The notes: a model not told the origin generated them from the sequence alone. Numbered from the stretch's first letter, positions 1-13,666 are shown. The stretch is DNA of 64,000 bases from Gekko japonicus (GCF_001447785.1 NW_015166451.1:279030-343029); one strand, 5' to 3'. Numbers and translations are program-made.

Positions 1-134
1 GGGTAGCCCAGGTCCTCCTGGCCCACCAGGCCCAAGAGGCGCAACTGGCCACACAGGTGCTCCTGGACCACAGGGTACATCAGGGCAACCCGGATACTGT
101 GACCCCTCTTCCTGTGCTGGTTACGGAACAGGAG
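1..134 (+). CDS. COL14A1: Collagen XIV alpha-1, last collagenous (COL1/NC1 junction) exon, 5'-truncated by the window
   Basis: Frame from nt 2 reads [44 protein letters not shown]: Gly-X-Y repeats followed by the FACIT C-x4-C motif (GYCDPSSC). Donor G|gtgagt at 135 (phase 1). Confidence 0.95.
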
Positions 135-717
135 GTGAGTATACTTTTTGAGGACTTTTAAAAAACTTACTCCAGTTCTACCCTGCTTCTTGGCAGTGAC
201 TTCAAAGGTAATGCTGCACTAATTTTTCAATTTTTGTTGAGAAAAGTCATTTCAGTGCTATGTATAGGGGGAGAAGTTGGTGTCCCTGCTTCTCTTTCCA
301 CCGCAGTGTCTTGTGTTCTCCCCCCCCCCCAACTTCTGAGGTTCAGGTGGACAGAACGCTCTGCAGTGTGGTACAAGGGGTTTCGTATTTTGAAGGAAGG
401 TGGCAATGATTGGGAATTGCCAGTCAACTCATGTGTGATCAGATGTAAATTTCCACTCTTTGATCTTCGAATCCAAGCCCAAGTCCATTTGCAGGAACTA
501 AAAAACATTAGTCCACCAGCTCATTCATAGATAGGTATCCCCTTATAGAGACTGAAATCTGATTTATGCTTATTTTCTGTGCGACATACCTCATCAACTA
601 TATTTACAAGTTTAGAAAGCAAGCAAAAGCAAACAAAGAAAGCCCCATTACGGGGGTAACACGGTCCAGTTGTTAGAGTGTGGCTGATTCTTCTGTCTAC
701 TTTCCCCCCATACTATT

Positions 718-960
718 CAGACCAATGGTCCATCTAGTCTCACACAGTGGCCGACCAGTTCCTCTGGATGGCTAACAACAGGGCATAGAGGCTGATGCCT
801 TCCCCTGGTGTTGCCTCCTGGCTCTGGGATTCAGATTAGTGCCTCTGAATGTGGAGGTTCCCCTCAGTCACCATGGCTAGTAGCCACTGATAGACTTCTG
901 CTCCATGAATCTATCAAATCCCCTTTTAAAGCTGTTTATTTCTGTGGCTATCACTACATA
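718..960 (-). mobile_element. CR1 LINE 3' fragment
   Basis: ggtccatctagtc...caccatggctagtagccactgatagac...ccttttaaag. Similar copies at 26058-26380 and 58340-58590. Confidence 0.7.
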
Positions 961-1536
961 TTTTGACATGCAGAAACTATTCAGGAGAGGCACCGGCATT
1001 ACAGGACACAATGGTGGCAAAGGATATTTGTGCAAATTTTTTTGGAGATGATTACTTCAACACTCCCTACCTGTGGATGAATTTGCCACGGCTCTGATCT
1101 AGGGCTGCATGTAGGAAGCCCCACTTACTGGGGTCTGATTGGTTGTCTAGCAGGGGGAAATGGTAGCAGGTGGGGTGGAGGGAAAAATTCAAATGCTTTT
1201 CGAACAGCTAATAAGCACTAGGGTGATGTTTACACAGCCCCGACTACTGAACTGGGCAGGGGAATTGTATGCGCCACAACTTGTTTTCATATGCACGTGT
1301 GGCCACAGTAGGGTCAGGACCTATGCCCAGTTGTCTTGCCCATCAAGGAAAACACTGACAATTTGAGTTGGTCGTTGTGAAATCCGTTGTTATATCAAAT
1401 GTTTCATTTTCTGTGTGTCATACTTCTGTGGCATTGTCACGTTGTCTGAGTCATCCATCCCATCGTACTTGCATGTCTCATTTGTCTCTATCTTCCACAT
1501 ATCTGCCTTGGCGTTTTACATTTGTGGTTGCCTCAG

Positions 1537-1550
1537 GTGGGGAAGAATAA
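1537..1550 (+). CDS. COL14A1: Candidate very short alternative COL14A1 NC1 ending (GGEE*)
   Basis: cctcag| acceptor after an AG-free, pyrimidine/UG-rich zone (1451-1534). Phase 1 gives GGT GGG GAA GAA TAA. No homology support recalled. Confidence 0.3.
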
Positions 1551-2300
1551 CTCTCCACCCGACTTGCTTATCTGCATGTTTTTAAACGACATGAGGGCAT
1601 GACTGCCACTAACCAAACGTACTTGAATACCCTGAAGTGATGTTGCCACGAATGAACGAAACATCAGCTTTGAAAGAATAGGTTGGCTTCAAGAATTTTC
1701 ACTGCATGGGAAACCTATAAAGGAATAACGATTGTTCTAGGGCAGTGTTTTTCAAATTGTGACCCATGGACATCTCTTGCCAAAAGTTTCCTCTACTAGA
1801 CCAGGGATGGTGGCAGAATCCTTTATGAGATGGCTGTCCCCAGTTCTACCAGTTTCCCCCTGCAGGGTATAACGACATTGGGTGAAACCGAAAGTGTACA
1901 CCCAATTCACTGCACGTGAACCTCGGGCCATGCCTCTGAATTTTCTGTTAAACAGGAGTGCCATGGCAGACAACTTCGTAAAGAAGAGCTTCTTGTGGGT
2001 AAGGAGCTTGAAAAACAGTGTTCTAGCACAAACAGAGCCATTCAGAAACTTTGGCACGTGACATCTGGATCTTAAAAACGTTTGGGCTGGCAAAGCATGA
2101 AATAAAAAACTTAACCATGCAGTTATTAAATCCGCGGCTCGGGGTACTTCAAATGTAAGACGCAAGATTAACGTGTGGCTAAATTGGCCTGTGAGATTTT
2201 CTTGTTTTACTGACCTGGATGTTTTTGTTTGTGTTCATGTGCTCCCTTCCCTGTTCTTCCTCTTTCCCCTCCCGTCCCTCACCCATTTCCAACTTTAAAG

Positions 2301-2338
2301 GTTCATTTCCTTACAATGGCTACCAATACAGAACGTGA
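2301..2338 (+). CDS. COL14A1: COL14A1 alternative short NC1 exon (GSFPYNGYQYRT*)
   Basis: Long polypyrimidine tract and tttaaag| acceptor. The phase-1 translation resembles the mammalian short isoform ending (DLIPYNDYQH). Possible donor cgg|gtagag at 2354. Confidence 0.8.
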
Positions 2339-2701
2339 AAGACACTGATTCGGGTAGAGTTTTTGTTTTTTTCTTTCGCTTGACGGAGGTCGCAAATGGC
2401 TACTGAAGCACTTTGGAGCTCCCCCCTGCCCTGCCACCAGCACTACTGATCACCACTAACCAAGGATTGCTTGCTTAGTAGTCTTAGGTTTCTTGCTAAA
2501 GTTCAGGCATTGGGCACATTTCTTCCATTGGCCAGATTTGCTAGACACAACCGATGGCTATCCCAGCTGTGTGAGGTCCTTGAAGAGTTTAACCCCCCCC
2601 CCCCATAATCACTCTCCTTATTAAGATCCATACACAAGAACCAGACTTCTGCTCCTGCGCTAATACTGCAGGCAGGTACACATCGAGAAATTCACCCCAA
2701 C

Positions 2702-2907
2702 CGGTGTTCCCTCTAAGCTGAGCTAGTGTGAACCAGCTCACAGTTTTTTAGCCTCTAGCTCACAGTTTTGTCTTAGTTCCTGAAGGATGGCTCCAGAGCA
2801 AACTAATTTATGCAGCAGCCAAATCGCTCACTCCCAACTTTAATGCCGGTAGATCATAAAGTAGATTTTTTTTTTCCACGAGACCCCACAGCTTAGAGGG
2901 AGCATTG
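2702..2907 (+). mobile_element. ~205-bp hAT-type MITE (CAGTGTTCCCTCTAAGC TIR family)
   Basis: TIRs cggtgttccctctaagc / gcttagagggagcattg, with a degenerate 8-bp TSD (accccaac/accccatt). Confidence 0.8.
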
Positions 2908-4131
2908 ACCCCATTAGAATAGCTAGCGGCATCATTTGATGCGGCTGGCAAGGAGCATCACCATTATGGTTTAATTGTGTATCTGTATGTTTAATTATTG
3001 GTATTATATTTTTATTAGATGTGTATATATATTTATCAGTGTGTAGAAAAGCTGGGCAGAGGTGCCGTAAATAAATACATGCAATCAGGGACACCCTAGT
3101 TTTAGGCAAAGTGGATCAAGACTAGTGACAGTCTTATGCTTCAGTATATCCTGCATCTTGGATGATACGGCTCTACCTTGCAGAGACTGAAATACATTTT
3201 CTCTTTAAAAGACATTCAACATGTGAAGATCCCTTATCGTGAATCAGACCACTGGCCCACCTAGCTCTGTACTGTTCTTGAGGACCTCTGGTAGAGATGG
3301 GTCACCAATGGACTTATTTAACTGGAGATGCTAAAGATGGGACCTTCTTCTGTGTGCTCTACCACTGAGCCACACACCCTCCCCACCCCGAGCAAACACT
3401 TTCTCCAGAGGTGACCATGCCCAACCAAGCCCATATCAGCTCCACCAGGAGAGAACTAGTTCAGTGCCTTGTAGTTTGATGCATTGCTGGTCCTTCCAAT
3501 TATCGCAAATATTAAAACTCTGTGGCATAAATTGGGGGGAGGGGCTTTTAAAAGGTTATCAAGTGTTTTAATCTCTCCCAAATAAATATACAGGCACAGC
3601 CCAACTGAACATAAGACCTTTAGGTACCACTGATTTCAGGGAGATAGTAAGTTCCAGTCTAGGAGAAATTGTGCTGAACTCTTACTGAAAGCAATGGGAC
3701 AAACTGATTATAAGTACCTTAAATCCCTTAATTTAAATCACACTTAAGTACGACTAACTTTCTTTTGAGTTGTGGCTATTTATCTTCCTCCCACTGGAAT
3801 CAGTGAGACCCAGGCATCTTTCGTTTCTGCTGTTTTGTTCGTGCTGTTATTTTGAGGATTTTCTAATCACACCGGTATTAAGAGAATTCATTTCTAATAC
3901 AGCAAGCACATTGCTATTGCTGGTGATGGTTTCCAACTAACTGAACTTAAAGCTGTAAAATAATAAGGCTGTCCCCTTTCATCAATGCTTATTTAATTTT
4001 TGAAAAGGCTAATCGCTTCATAAGTCAACAACGGCTGTAGAGCTCTATAACAGGCCAAGTTCCTAATGATTGCTTTCGTTTTCCTTTCCTCTTCACATTA
4101 ACCATATGACCGTTCTTGGTGGTGGGTTAAG

Positions 4132-4442
4132 GTGGATATGGGGATCCAACAGATGAAGATATCCCAGTCGTGCCGTTGCCGCATAACTCCTACCAGCTCT
4201 ATGACCCCGAGGACCTCTACGATGGGGAACAGCAGCCCTATCTAGTTCACGGGTCCTACCCTCACCCCCAGTCCTTCTACCCAGTGCCTCGTATCGCTCA
4301 GCCAGAGTTCACACCTGTTCAGGATGAAACTGAGGCTGTTGAACTGAGATCCCCCGGAATCAGCCGCTTCACCAGCAGAATCTCCAAACGAAGCATCAGC
4401 TCTCCAGTCCGCAAGACGGTGATTAAGAAAACGTCTTCATGA
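4132..4442 (+). CDS. COL14A1: COL14A1 long NC1 terminal exon
   Basis: ttaag| acceptor, phase 1: [44 protein letters not shown]...[25 protein letters not shown]...SS*. Closely matches the chicken collagen XIV long NC1 as recalled. Confidence 0.93.
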
Positions 4443-5005
4443 ACTGTTTCTTTTATGTGTGCGTACATTATATATTATTTTTAGGCCTTGGTCCAGTTGC
4501 CTAAATGATGTCACAATATTGTTTACAGGCTTGTATGTTAAAGGGAATATATATATATACTGTACATGACCACTGGCAGAACAAGAGAAATGCTAATTAC
4601 ATTGCATGCCAGAAGTTATTAGCATTAAAAAGGTTACTAGATGAATCCTCCAAGGAACCTTTTTTTCCTGGTTCTGTGCAATTGTCACATGACTATGCTT
4701 CAGTTCACATTTAAAAAACACTGCATAACCAGCTGGTTTATTTGAGTAAATCAAGAAGAATTAAGTGCAGTAGTGTCTTGCTTTTTGAATGTCTCTGTTC
4801 AAATTTTTATTGTGTGTAAACCTACTAAAGCCAGTTGTATTGGTTGATTTTTTTTAAAATACCCTGTTTGAAAAGAAGATTTTTATGATGGGATTGTCTT
4901 CCCATAGTATTCCTATAAATACCTTTTAGAAACACATCAATAATTTATTGTGGATCCATTACTACTTTGTTTTATACATGAATAAACATGGCAAACTTTT
5001 ATAAA
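4443..5005 (+). other. COL14A1: COL14A1 3' UTR with AATAAA poly(A) signal at 4981-4986
   Basis: AT-rich UTR after the stop codon, with a canonical AATAAA. End position is approximate. Confidence 0.6.
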
Positions 5006-5444
5006 TTAATTCCTCGACGGTATTGATTTTATACTTTTAAACAGTGGCTCTGCAAACTGGGGACTGGAGATGTTAAGACGGCTGCAGAAATCCCCCGATT
5101 ACAAGGATTTCACCATTTACTTGAAACAAAAGAACTCATTTACTTCTGCACACCGCTCTCCTTTGCTGAACTGGCATGTAGTTCATGCAGCCAGACTGTA
5201 TGGTGGGGCAGTGGGAAATAAGGACAGCCATAGTCATATCGCTACCTTTTCTTTAATTACTGCAGTCATGAAGATGGTTGTGTCTGTCTTGGTGTACTCC
5301 CCCCCACCCCGTTCGCTCTAATGTTCCTTCAAGCACTTGCATGCCAAGTAGATCACTGGCCAGGTCTGAGCTCTGGAAACATGCCTCGGATTATATTTTG
5401 TTTAGTTTCTATATCTAAATCCCAAACCATTTGCAGTACAATAA

Positions 5445-5592
5445 CCCAGTTAGCTGTTGTGGATTTTCCGAGTTGTACTGCTGTGGTCTTGGCATTGTAG
5501 GACCTGATGTTTCGCCGAGACCACAGCCATACAACCCGGAAAATCTAAAACAGCTAATGAACTCCGGCCATGAAAGCCTTTGACAACAAGTA
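5445..5592. mobile_element. Penelope-like element remnant with inverted junction
   Basis: Inverted pair ggattttccgagttgta..ctgtggtct / agaccacagccatacaacccggaaaatc, followed by ccggccatgaaagcctttgac, typical of squamate Penelope ends. Confidence 0.55.
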
Positions 5593-6346
5593 ACCCAGTT
5601 ATTACTCACCTAACTTTTAACTTTATCACCACTGGCTACAGACATCAGTCCATTTTATGTTAAGTTTTGATTGTCTTATGTGTTTTGGAAGCCTCATCCT
5701 TGAGTATTAAACTAGTCCAACAAATCATCCTGCAAGATGACAGCTGCTTCTTTTTTTCTCATGGTCTATTTGCTTAAGGATTGACCTGTACTCAATTTTC
5801 CCCCATCAAGATGGTCACATATGCTTATATTCTGCACATTTTATCAATGCTTCTAGCTGTCTCATTCCTTCCATTCCCCTATAATTAGGTCAGACTAAAT
5901 TGCAAATGCGAGGTTAGTAGTAGGTTACAGTCATTTCCCCCATCAACGGTTTATGAGAGAAAAAACACTGGAATGGTACAGAATAATTGATTCTGATTAC
6001 ATTTCATGCAATTATCTATGCACACTGCAGTACTGGTAGCCTTTGCCAGAAAATGCTCAGTTCTCAGGCACACCAGAAGTAAATGAAGATGGTCTTTCTT
6101 CTAGACAAATGAAGATGGGAATGTGATGAATGATGGCTTGTTTCCGATGAGCTAGAAATCACTAGCATCTTTCAGCGTTCCACGTTAGCTGTTCCTTTAG
6201 TCAACAATAACGTTCCCCTACCTGATCTCAAACATCCTAAAGCACTCGGGTAAAGGGGAAGTATCAAATGGCAGCGTAGATTACAACTTAATTCACAGGT
6301 ATAGAATTCCCTTCACCTTGAAGACTCCTTGGAGCTCAAGCTTGAG

Positions 6347-6561
6347 TAGGGTTGCAACCTACAGGTGGGCCAGGAGATCTCCCAGAATTGTAACTGATCT
6401 CCAGATGACAGAGATCAGTTTCCCTGGAGGAAATGGCTGCTTTAGAGGGTAGAGTCTATGTGGCATTATACCCCATTGAAGTCCCTCCCCTCCCCAACCA
6501 CCCTCTTCAGGCTGCACCCCCAAATCTCCAGAGATTTCCTAACCCAAAGCTGGCAACCCTA
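6347..6561 (+). mobile_element. Non-autonomous DNA transposon (TAGGGTTGC TIR, hAT-like)
   Basis: tagggttgcaa ... tggcaacccta with a degenerate 8-bp TSD (agcttgag/agcattag). Related copy at about 62108-62349. Confidence 0.7.
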
Positions 6562-7509
6562 AGCATTAGCACCTTCGGAAACATTGCTAAGGCGTTGTAT
6601 GTCGCCTTACTTACTAAGTCAGGCCACTGGACTTGGTGGCATCAGACAATAACCTTTGCATTTGGTGTTAAGAAATAGGCCAGTAGGGTTCCAAAGTTTA
6701 ATCTGCGTTTTAATTCTAGTGAATGGTCTGAGCTCTTTCTGTAAGGTATTTTGAATTATTTTTAATGTCCCCATCTGCAGTACTTGTTCTGAGAATTCAC
6801 TATTAACTCATTGAGTTAAACGTGACGTGAGCATCTAGTTCTAAGCCTGGAAAATGATGGGCTGGTGGTGGTGAAGGTTGGGAAACAGTGTCCTAGATGG
6901 TAGAACCCAAACTTCAAATGAGCACAAACCCAGTTCCTCTTTTATGGCCAGTCTACATGCAACACTGGAATGCCATGTTTCGAACTCCAGCCACATTATT
7001 TAGCCTTAAAGAGCAGCTCCAGGGAAGCCAGCTTTCAGCCATCCTAATCTTACATTACTTATTGGATGTCCTGTCCTGGTGATTGTATTGACTTGCACTG
7101 TGTAATTCTGCCTTGAGTCTCAGTGAGAAAGGCAGACTGTACGTAATGTAAAGAATTTCATGCGGGGTGGTCAGCAGTAAAAGCAAGATTTGAATCCAGA
7201 AGCGCCTTAAAGACCAATAAGACTTTCCAGGGTATAAACTTTTGAGAGTCAACGTTCCCTTCAGCAAACTGTTTCTCCTATGTCCCTTCCCAAACTAAGA
7301 ATGACCCCAAACTCCCAGGGGCTGCTTTAAGTCTCAGCAGGGAAACAAAAGTCAGGTCCAGTCTTTGTCTTTTCTGGGTTAGGCCCAGGAGTGTGCGTCT
7401 GGGTTACAGGGAGGGAGGAAGAGTTAAACCTCCCTTCCTCAGCACACAGCCTAGTTCTAGACTTGCCACTGCCCCCATACACTTTTAAAGGCCAAACTAC
7501 ACGCCAGGA

Positions 7510-7852
7510 CGAGGAGCTGCGGTGGCTCAAGTTGTTTAAGATGCTGAACTGCAGGCTGTGGAAGATCAGTAGTTCAGCAGTTCAAGACCCAGGTGTGCTG
7601 CATGACGGAGTGATCTCCCGTCTCTAGTTCCAGCTCCTGCCAACCTAGCATTTCGAAAGCAAGAAATTGCAAGTAGATAAATAGGTACCACTTTGGTGGG
7701 AAGGTAACAGTGTTTAGTCATGCCGGCCACATGACCACGGAAACGTCTTCGGACAGCGCTGGCTCTTCGGCTTTGAAACGGAGATGAGCACCGTAACCCT
7801 AGAGTCGGACTCGACTGGCTTTCGAGCAAGGGAACCCTTACCTTTACCTTTT
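7510..7852 (+). mobile_element. Full-length Sauria SINE
   Basis: tRNA-like head, conserved core, BovB-like tail ending (acctt)n. 13-bp TSD ctacacgccagga at 7497-7509 and 7853-7865. Confidence 0.92.
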
Positions 7853-10800
7853 CTACACGCCAGGAATTCCAGCCACAGACACCCAACCATCCTATGTAGT
7901 CAGTGCTTTAGAGAGTATGTGTTTCAGTCCGCATGGTGAAAGGGCAGCTTTAGACACATTAAAAACCTTAGGCTTAACAAGTAAGATGCTGGTTCAAACT
8001 ATCTTTTTCAGTACCCGTTTCAGCTGAATACAACTTTGGTAAAATTCCTATAATTACACTCTCAAAAGTCATACTAAATATCCTGTCCAAGATCTCCGCT
8101 GGTGTATTTAAACAAGGCCTCAAAAATCATGAGCTAATCTTGCAGCTAGTGGAGCTTTTGGAGTGATGAAGGTTTACTTTAGATGAGTATCTGGTCCATT
8201 AGCTAAGCATATTGTACCACAAAATCAAAAGTAGCATAAACTACAGTCTTTGACTGGCAGTAGACAGCATGCAATGATATCATCTACTTTGGTCAGCGGG
8301 AGTCGCTCCTAAATTAAAAACTGAAAGGGAATTATTTACAGTACTTTGCATATTATGTGCAATGCAACCCCAGTGTTCTAAATGGTCTAGGAGCCATGCA
8401 AATATTTGAATAAACAGTTTGGAGTGTTTTATGTAGGATTAACATTGACACTAAGGACAAAGAGACTGCTTTGAAGAGCTATCTTTGAGGAGCCAGAGAT
8501 GGGAAGCACGCATAAGAGGGACCACTGGCTGGCAGCAAGTCTTGCGAAAACTCTTGACCTTTGTATAACAGTCCAAAGAAGCCCAGCTAATGGAAGCTTA
8601 TTCTTTGAAGCAGAACATTTACTTCTGTCACAAGGAATCAATTAAGTAATAGGATTACTCTGTGGCACACAGTGCCTTAAACCAACTTTGACTGGTACTG
8701 CAACTGCAGCCATTCCTCAATAACCATGACCTGGCTACGTTCACTCATATTCTGTGCCCATCCAGGCTGTCTTAATGCAATACCCTCTATATGGGACTGC
8801 CTTTGAAGACCGTTTGGAACCTTCAGCTGGGGCAAAATTCAACAGCGAGATTGTTGACAGAGGTCTGCAACAAAACTGGTTTCCGGCCAATTTTGAAAGA
8901 GGCACATTCACTGCTAATCTGAAAGTGCTGGTGATTCCCTACTGTGATAATCAGTTGGAAGAGAGCATGGGAAAACATTTTTAAAATGTAATTTTAATGT
9001 TCGTCAGAGGCCCTGTGTGTGCAATTGACCCTGCACAGAAAAGCACAATATATGAAAGAAATCCTATGCAGGTCTACTCAAAACCTTACTCATCTATTTA
9101 GTGTAGGAGTGTTTTCAGGATTGCACGGTAAACTACCTAAATAAAAACGCAACAGGGGCTCAGAGGGACATGGCTCCAAAGCACCTGAAGGACCACCTCT
9201 CCACCTATGGTCCCATCTGTGCTCCAAGATTGGTCAAGGGGACTCTACGGCAGGAAGTCACGTTTTGCTGATCCATGTGGCCAAGACGCATACAAAGACC
9301 TTGTCAGCAGGAGCCCCTGAACTGCAGAAGACCCTCGGCCAAGAGCCTTCCTGCGCCTTTCAAAGGTTTGCCTGGTCTAGAAGACCCACATAGGACATCT
9401 CCCCTCCCCCAATTTTAATTATGGCTTTTAGTTTTTATGCTGTTGATTGGGGATTTGTGTAGTACTGTATTTTGTGTGTTTTAATTTCTATAAACAGTTC
9501 TGCTTAACACACAGGAGAGTAGTGCATAAAATATCTAAAATAAAAAGGAACTAGAAGAGCTGCAAATGACAGCTGAGGGGGAAAGGGTGAATTTTAAGTA
9601 CTGATAAATAGCACGGTGACTACAATCTCATGCCTGCTTTAGTTGGAAGTAAGTCCCACTGGACTCAACTAGCCTTTTGAATAAACATGCTTGGGAGGAT
9701 GTGCTGCCTGAAGCTCCTGAGCTCATTTGTATTAAAGGTCGATAAAAAGTTAATTTTTCCTGGTTTTACACGGCTAAAGAATACGCACTCTCTCTAATGT
9801 TCTTACCATCGGTATGAATATATTAACCCGCCTTGAATCTTTTGTTAGAGAAATTAGGGTTAAAATATCATTAAGTATAATAAATAAAATAATGCCATAC
9901 ATTCTTGCGACAAGATTGAATTTTCCCCCCAACAAGGCTGAATTCACTGTGTATGAGCTTTCAACTTTCACTTTTTGTCTCGCAGTACAAGACATAAATG
10001 TGTTTAAAGAAACTGGAATAACAGCCAAAATATCTCTTACGAGCTTTCAGAATGACTTTTATAGCGTTAGAATTCAATCCTACAATTTAGTCTTGATAAA
10101 CTGCATTAACTTTATGTGAACAAATGACTGACATCATAGGAAAACTGCTCACGGCACCTCAGTAACAAATCACTAACAACCCTCATTTAACTGATTTCAT
10201 CGTGTTTTATTTAGCATTTTATCTCTTTGCCAAGAATAGTAGGAGACAGATGTACAGTTTCAAAATTGCCTCCAAAATCTAGTCACTCTTTAACCTTAGG
10301 AGAGTTAACAGACTTTCCCAGATGGTCTACGAAATTAAAAATAACCATGAAGCATTTTGCACAGGGTGAACAGCTGAAGCACCTATCTCAACATACCCAC
10401 CACTTCTTTGGGATGGATGCATTTCTGCCCCAGCAGATTGCATTTTAATGTAAATTCTTTAATGTTTATTTAACTTCTCTGTTCACAGTCCATTACAGGC
10501 ATTGCTATCTGCAAATGCCTATCTACCCAATAAAAGGTTGGAGCTATTCGTATAGAGACAGCTGATGAGTGAGATGGGGGCTCCTGCATCCGAGTACCCC
10601 TCGCTTTGCCTCCTGACGGAACAGCCTTCGTTCCAGCCACCTCCAGCTGACTTGGGCTAATGTGGACGAAGCCAACCATCTACTTAGTGCTTGCTTCTCA
10701 ACCCAACAAGGGATGCCTGTGTGAAAGCCCTTGCTGGAACAGAGTGCCTGGAATTTGCTGTGAGATCACCAGTCAACTGTAGGCTTCAACGGGAATGTGC

Positions 10801-11401
10801 CAATTTAACAGCCAGCACATTTGCTCAGTCTTTCTGTGCATCACACAGCAACTAAGCCACAGAAATGAGTTCACCCAAAGGCCAAAGAAAGAGGTTTCAT
10901 ATACAGATGAATGTGCACATATCACAAAACTGTTTTATGAAAACATGTTTTATTGTCACTACTTACCAAATCAAGGTGGTACTTTAAAAAAAAAAGTCTG
11001 TGGTCACAGCTTCGTGATGTTATTGAAGATTATTCATTTTGGCCAAGCAATAATGTCTATATCAAAACACATTTCCACTATTTACAGCAAATTTCTAAAA
11101 GTTTATGCATGTAACTGAACTGCGAACATCCCAGTAGGTCCAGTGCTCAGGAGAGATGTAGGCGCCACGTCCTATCCCTTTAAACTCTCCCTTCTACTTC
11201 CATTCAAAGTCTTTAGGCCTGCAAATAACAAGAGGAAAATGAATACTATTAGAGAGATAACCTGCAAAATAAAGAAGAAACAGAGCAGTCCTAAATTATG
11301 ATTGCAGTAACCAGCATACTGGCACCTGATGAATAAAGTAGCAAGAGACAAACACAAAAGCAAAACAACTTGTTCTTTGAGAGTTCACTTATGGTTATTT
11401 C

Positions 11402-11768
11402 CAGGGCTTTTTTGGTAGAAAANNNNNNNNNNNNNNNNNNNNNNNNNNNNNNNNNNNNNNNNNNNNNNNNNNNNNNNNNNNNNNNNNNNNNNNNNNNNNN
11501 NNNNNNNNNNNNNNNNNNNNNNNNNNNNNNNNNNNNNNNNNNNNNNNNNNNNNNNNNNNNNNNNNNNNNNNNNNNNNNNNNNNNNNNNNNNNNNNNNNNN
11601 NNNNNNACTCCTTTGCATGTTAGGCCACACACCCCTAATGTAGCCAATCCTAATGAGTTCCTGCTGTTGGGTGTGGCCTATTATGCTAATGAGTTCTTGC
11701 TGGGTGTAGCCAACTTGGGAGCCAGCCGGAACTCCGTTCCTGTGCGTTCCTGCCCAAAAATAGCCCTG
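11402..11768. mobile_element. hAT-type MITE (CAGGGCT TIR) spanning an N gap
   Basis: cagggcttttttt ... aaaaatagccctg with a perfect 8-bp TSD gttatttc (11394-11401, 11769-11776). Confidence 0.85.
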
Positions 11769-13434
11769 GTTATTTCAGTTTCCAATAGCCACCTCTGCAG
11801 GTAAAAACGAAAACAGAAAAGTGAACTTTTCTAGGAAAAAATATCCTTTATCTAGAGTACTCAGGCTCGCCTCCTCCCACGCTGCTTATTCCACCTGCTA
11901 TGATCTTCCTCACAAGCCCTGGGCTCTGTGCCCCCCCTTGTCAGAGAGGAGGTGGGTGGCAGTAATGGGCTTTTCCAGTAATGGTTCGCCTGGTGGCCTT
12001 GTGCCTATACTATCCTCTTTTGGGCACCAGGCCAAAATGTTTCTGTTTAACCAATATTTTAATTAAGGGGCTGAATCTCTTAAGCACTGACTGAAAACTG
12101 TTAAATTCATTTTAAGCTGTTTTGGTAGTTCGCTCTTATGCTCTGGGTGGGTTTTTAATGCTGGGTTTTAACTAACATTTAATGTTTTATGCATTGATTA
12201 TGCTTAATTTTGTAGACTACCTCAGCCAGGTTTCCTGGAGAGGTGGCATGGGAATTTCTAAATAAATAAATAAATAAACAAACACACTTTGTGCTGCTGT
12301 TCCCCCCCCACTCCCCAAAATTACACAAACAAGATAACTAGACAAGTTCAATATATAAGCCAAGGAATATATATCTGTGTGCCTAATATGGTAAGGAAAG
12401 CTAGGAAACAGACCACAGAGATTTAACGAACATAATAAGGAAGCCTCCAGTTCTCCTGACCCCACAGAACTTGGGGTTCTGGTGAACAGATGCTAGTTGC
12501 TGAAGTTGGCCACAGCTTCGTTCAGCGGCTAAAAATGAAGACAGGCTTCAGAGACCAGTATCTACATGCCCTGCAAGTTCCTCCATGATCTGGAGCCTGA
12601 GCCTTGCAGTGTATTCTGAAGAATGACCACATGGAATTCTTCATACGTTGCATGTGTCAGAAACATTCTTTAGGTTTTTAACAAAGGTCGTGCAAAGAGA
12701 CTCTCCAGGATACCTATACTACGTGGCTTTTACCAGTCAAACGTGAAATTTTACATCACGTTTGCTTCATTAAACTCTTTACTACCAAACCATGTGCTAT
12801 AATCCACTGCAGTACTGTTAGTGTAGAGTTTCAATGTTGCTCTTCCCTCTTACTCTGTGTTTGCACACTCCTTATATAATCTTGTGCTGACAGCCATAAA
12901 AGACAAAGTGACTGGCACTTTAGACCAGAGGTGCTGAACTCATTTGTTACGAGGGCTGCATCTGACATAAATGTCACATGGTCAGGTTGGGCAATGGTGT
13001 GCCATAAAATGTAATGCCAGATACCAGAGATATAAACTTTATAAAGGACACAGGCAAACCAAATTAACAATGTTATTTTTTACTCAGAATACACACATGC
13101 TTAAAACGTTAACACTCTTACTATATTTCCTTACAGTACCTCCCTGATGCCCACCCTCCCACTTCCACGGCCCGTTACCCATTAGCACTGGGACAGTGTA
13201 CAGGAACATAATGCACTGTCTCTGTCATCTGCCAATAAATGTAATGACCAGTTTCTCGCAGGTTGGATAAGAGCCCTGGAGGGGCTGTATGTTTGACACC
13301 CATGCTTCAGACAGTTTGCTATGTTGCCCTGAGAGCAGACAGGGCCACCTTGGGCTTCCTCAGCACAGCACCTGCAACCTTAAGAAGAAGAAGGGGAAAA
13401 GAGAATGGATTTATACCCCCCCTTCCCTACCTGA

Positions 13435-13666
13435 TCCTGCCAACCTAGCAGTTCGAAAGCAAGAAATTGCAAGTAGATAAATAGGGACCACTTCGGTGGG
13501 AAGGTAAAAGCGTTCCGTGCGCCTTGGTGTTTAGTCATGCCGGCCACATGACCACAGAGACGTCTTTGGACAGCACTGGCTCTTCGGCTTTGAAACGGAG
13601 ATGAGCACCGCAACCCTAGAGTCGGACTCAACTGGCTTTCGAGCAATGGAACCTTTACCTTTACTT
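13435..13666 (+). mobile_element. 5'-truncated Sauria SINE
   Basis: Matches the 3' part of the 7510 copy. 12-bp TSD ttccctacctga (13423-13434, 13667-13678). Confidence 0.9.
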
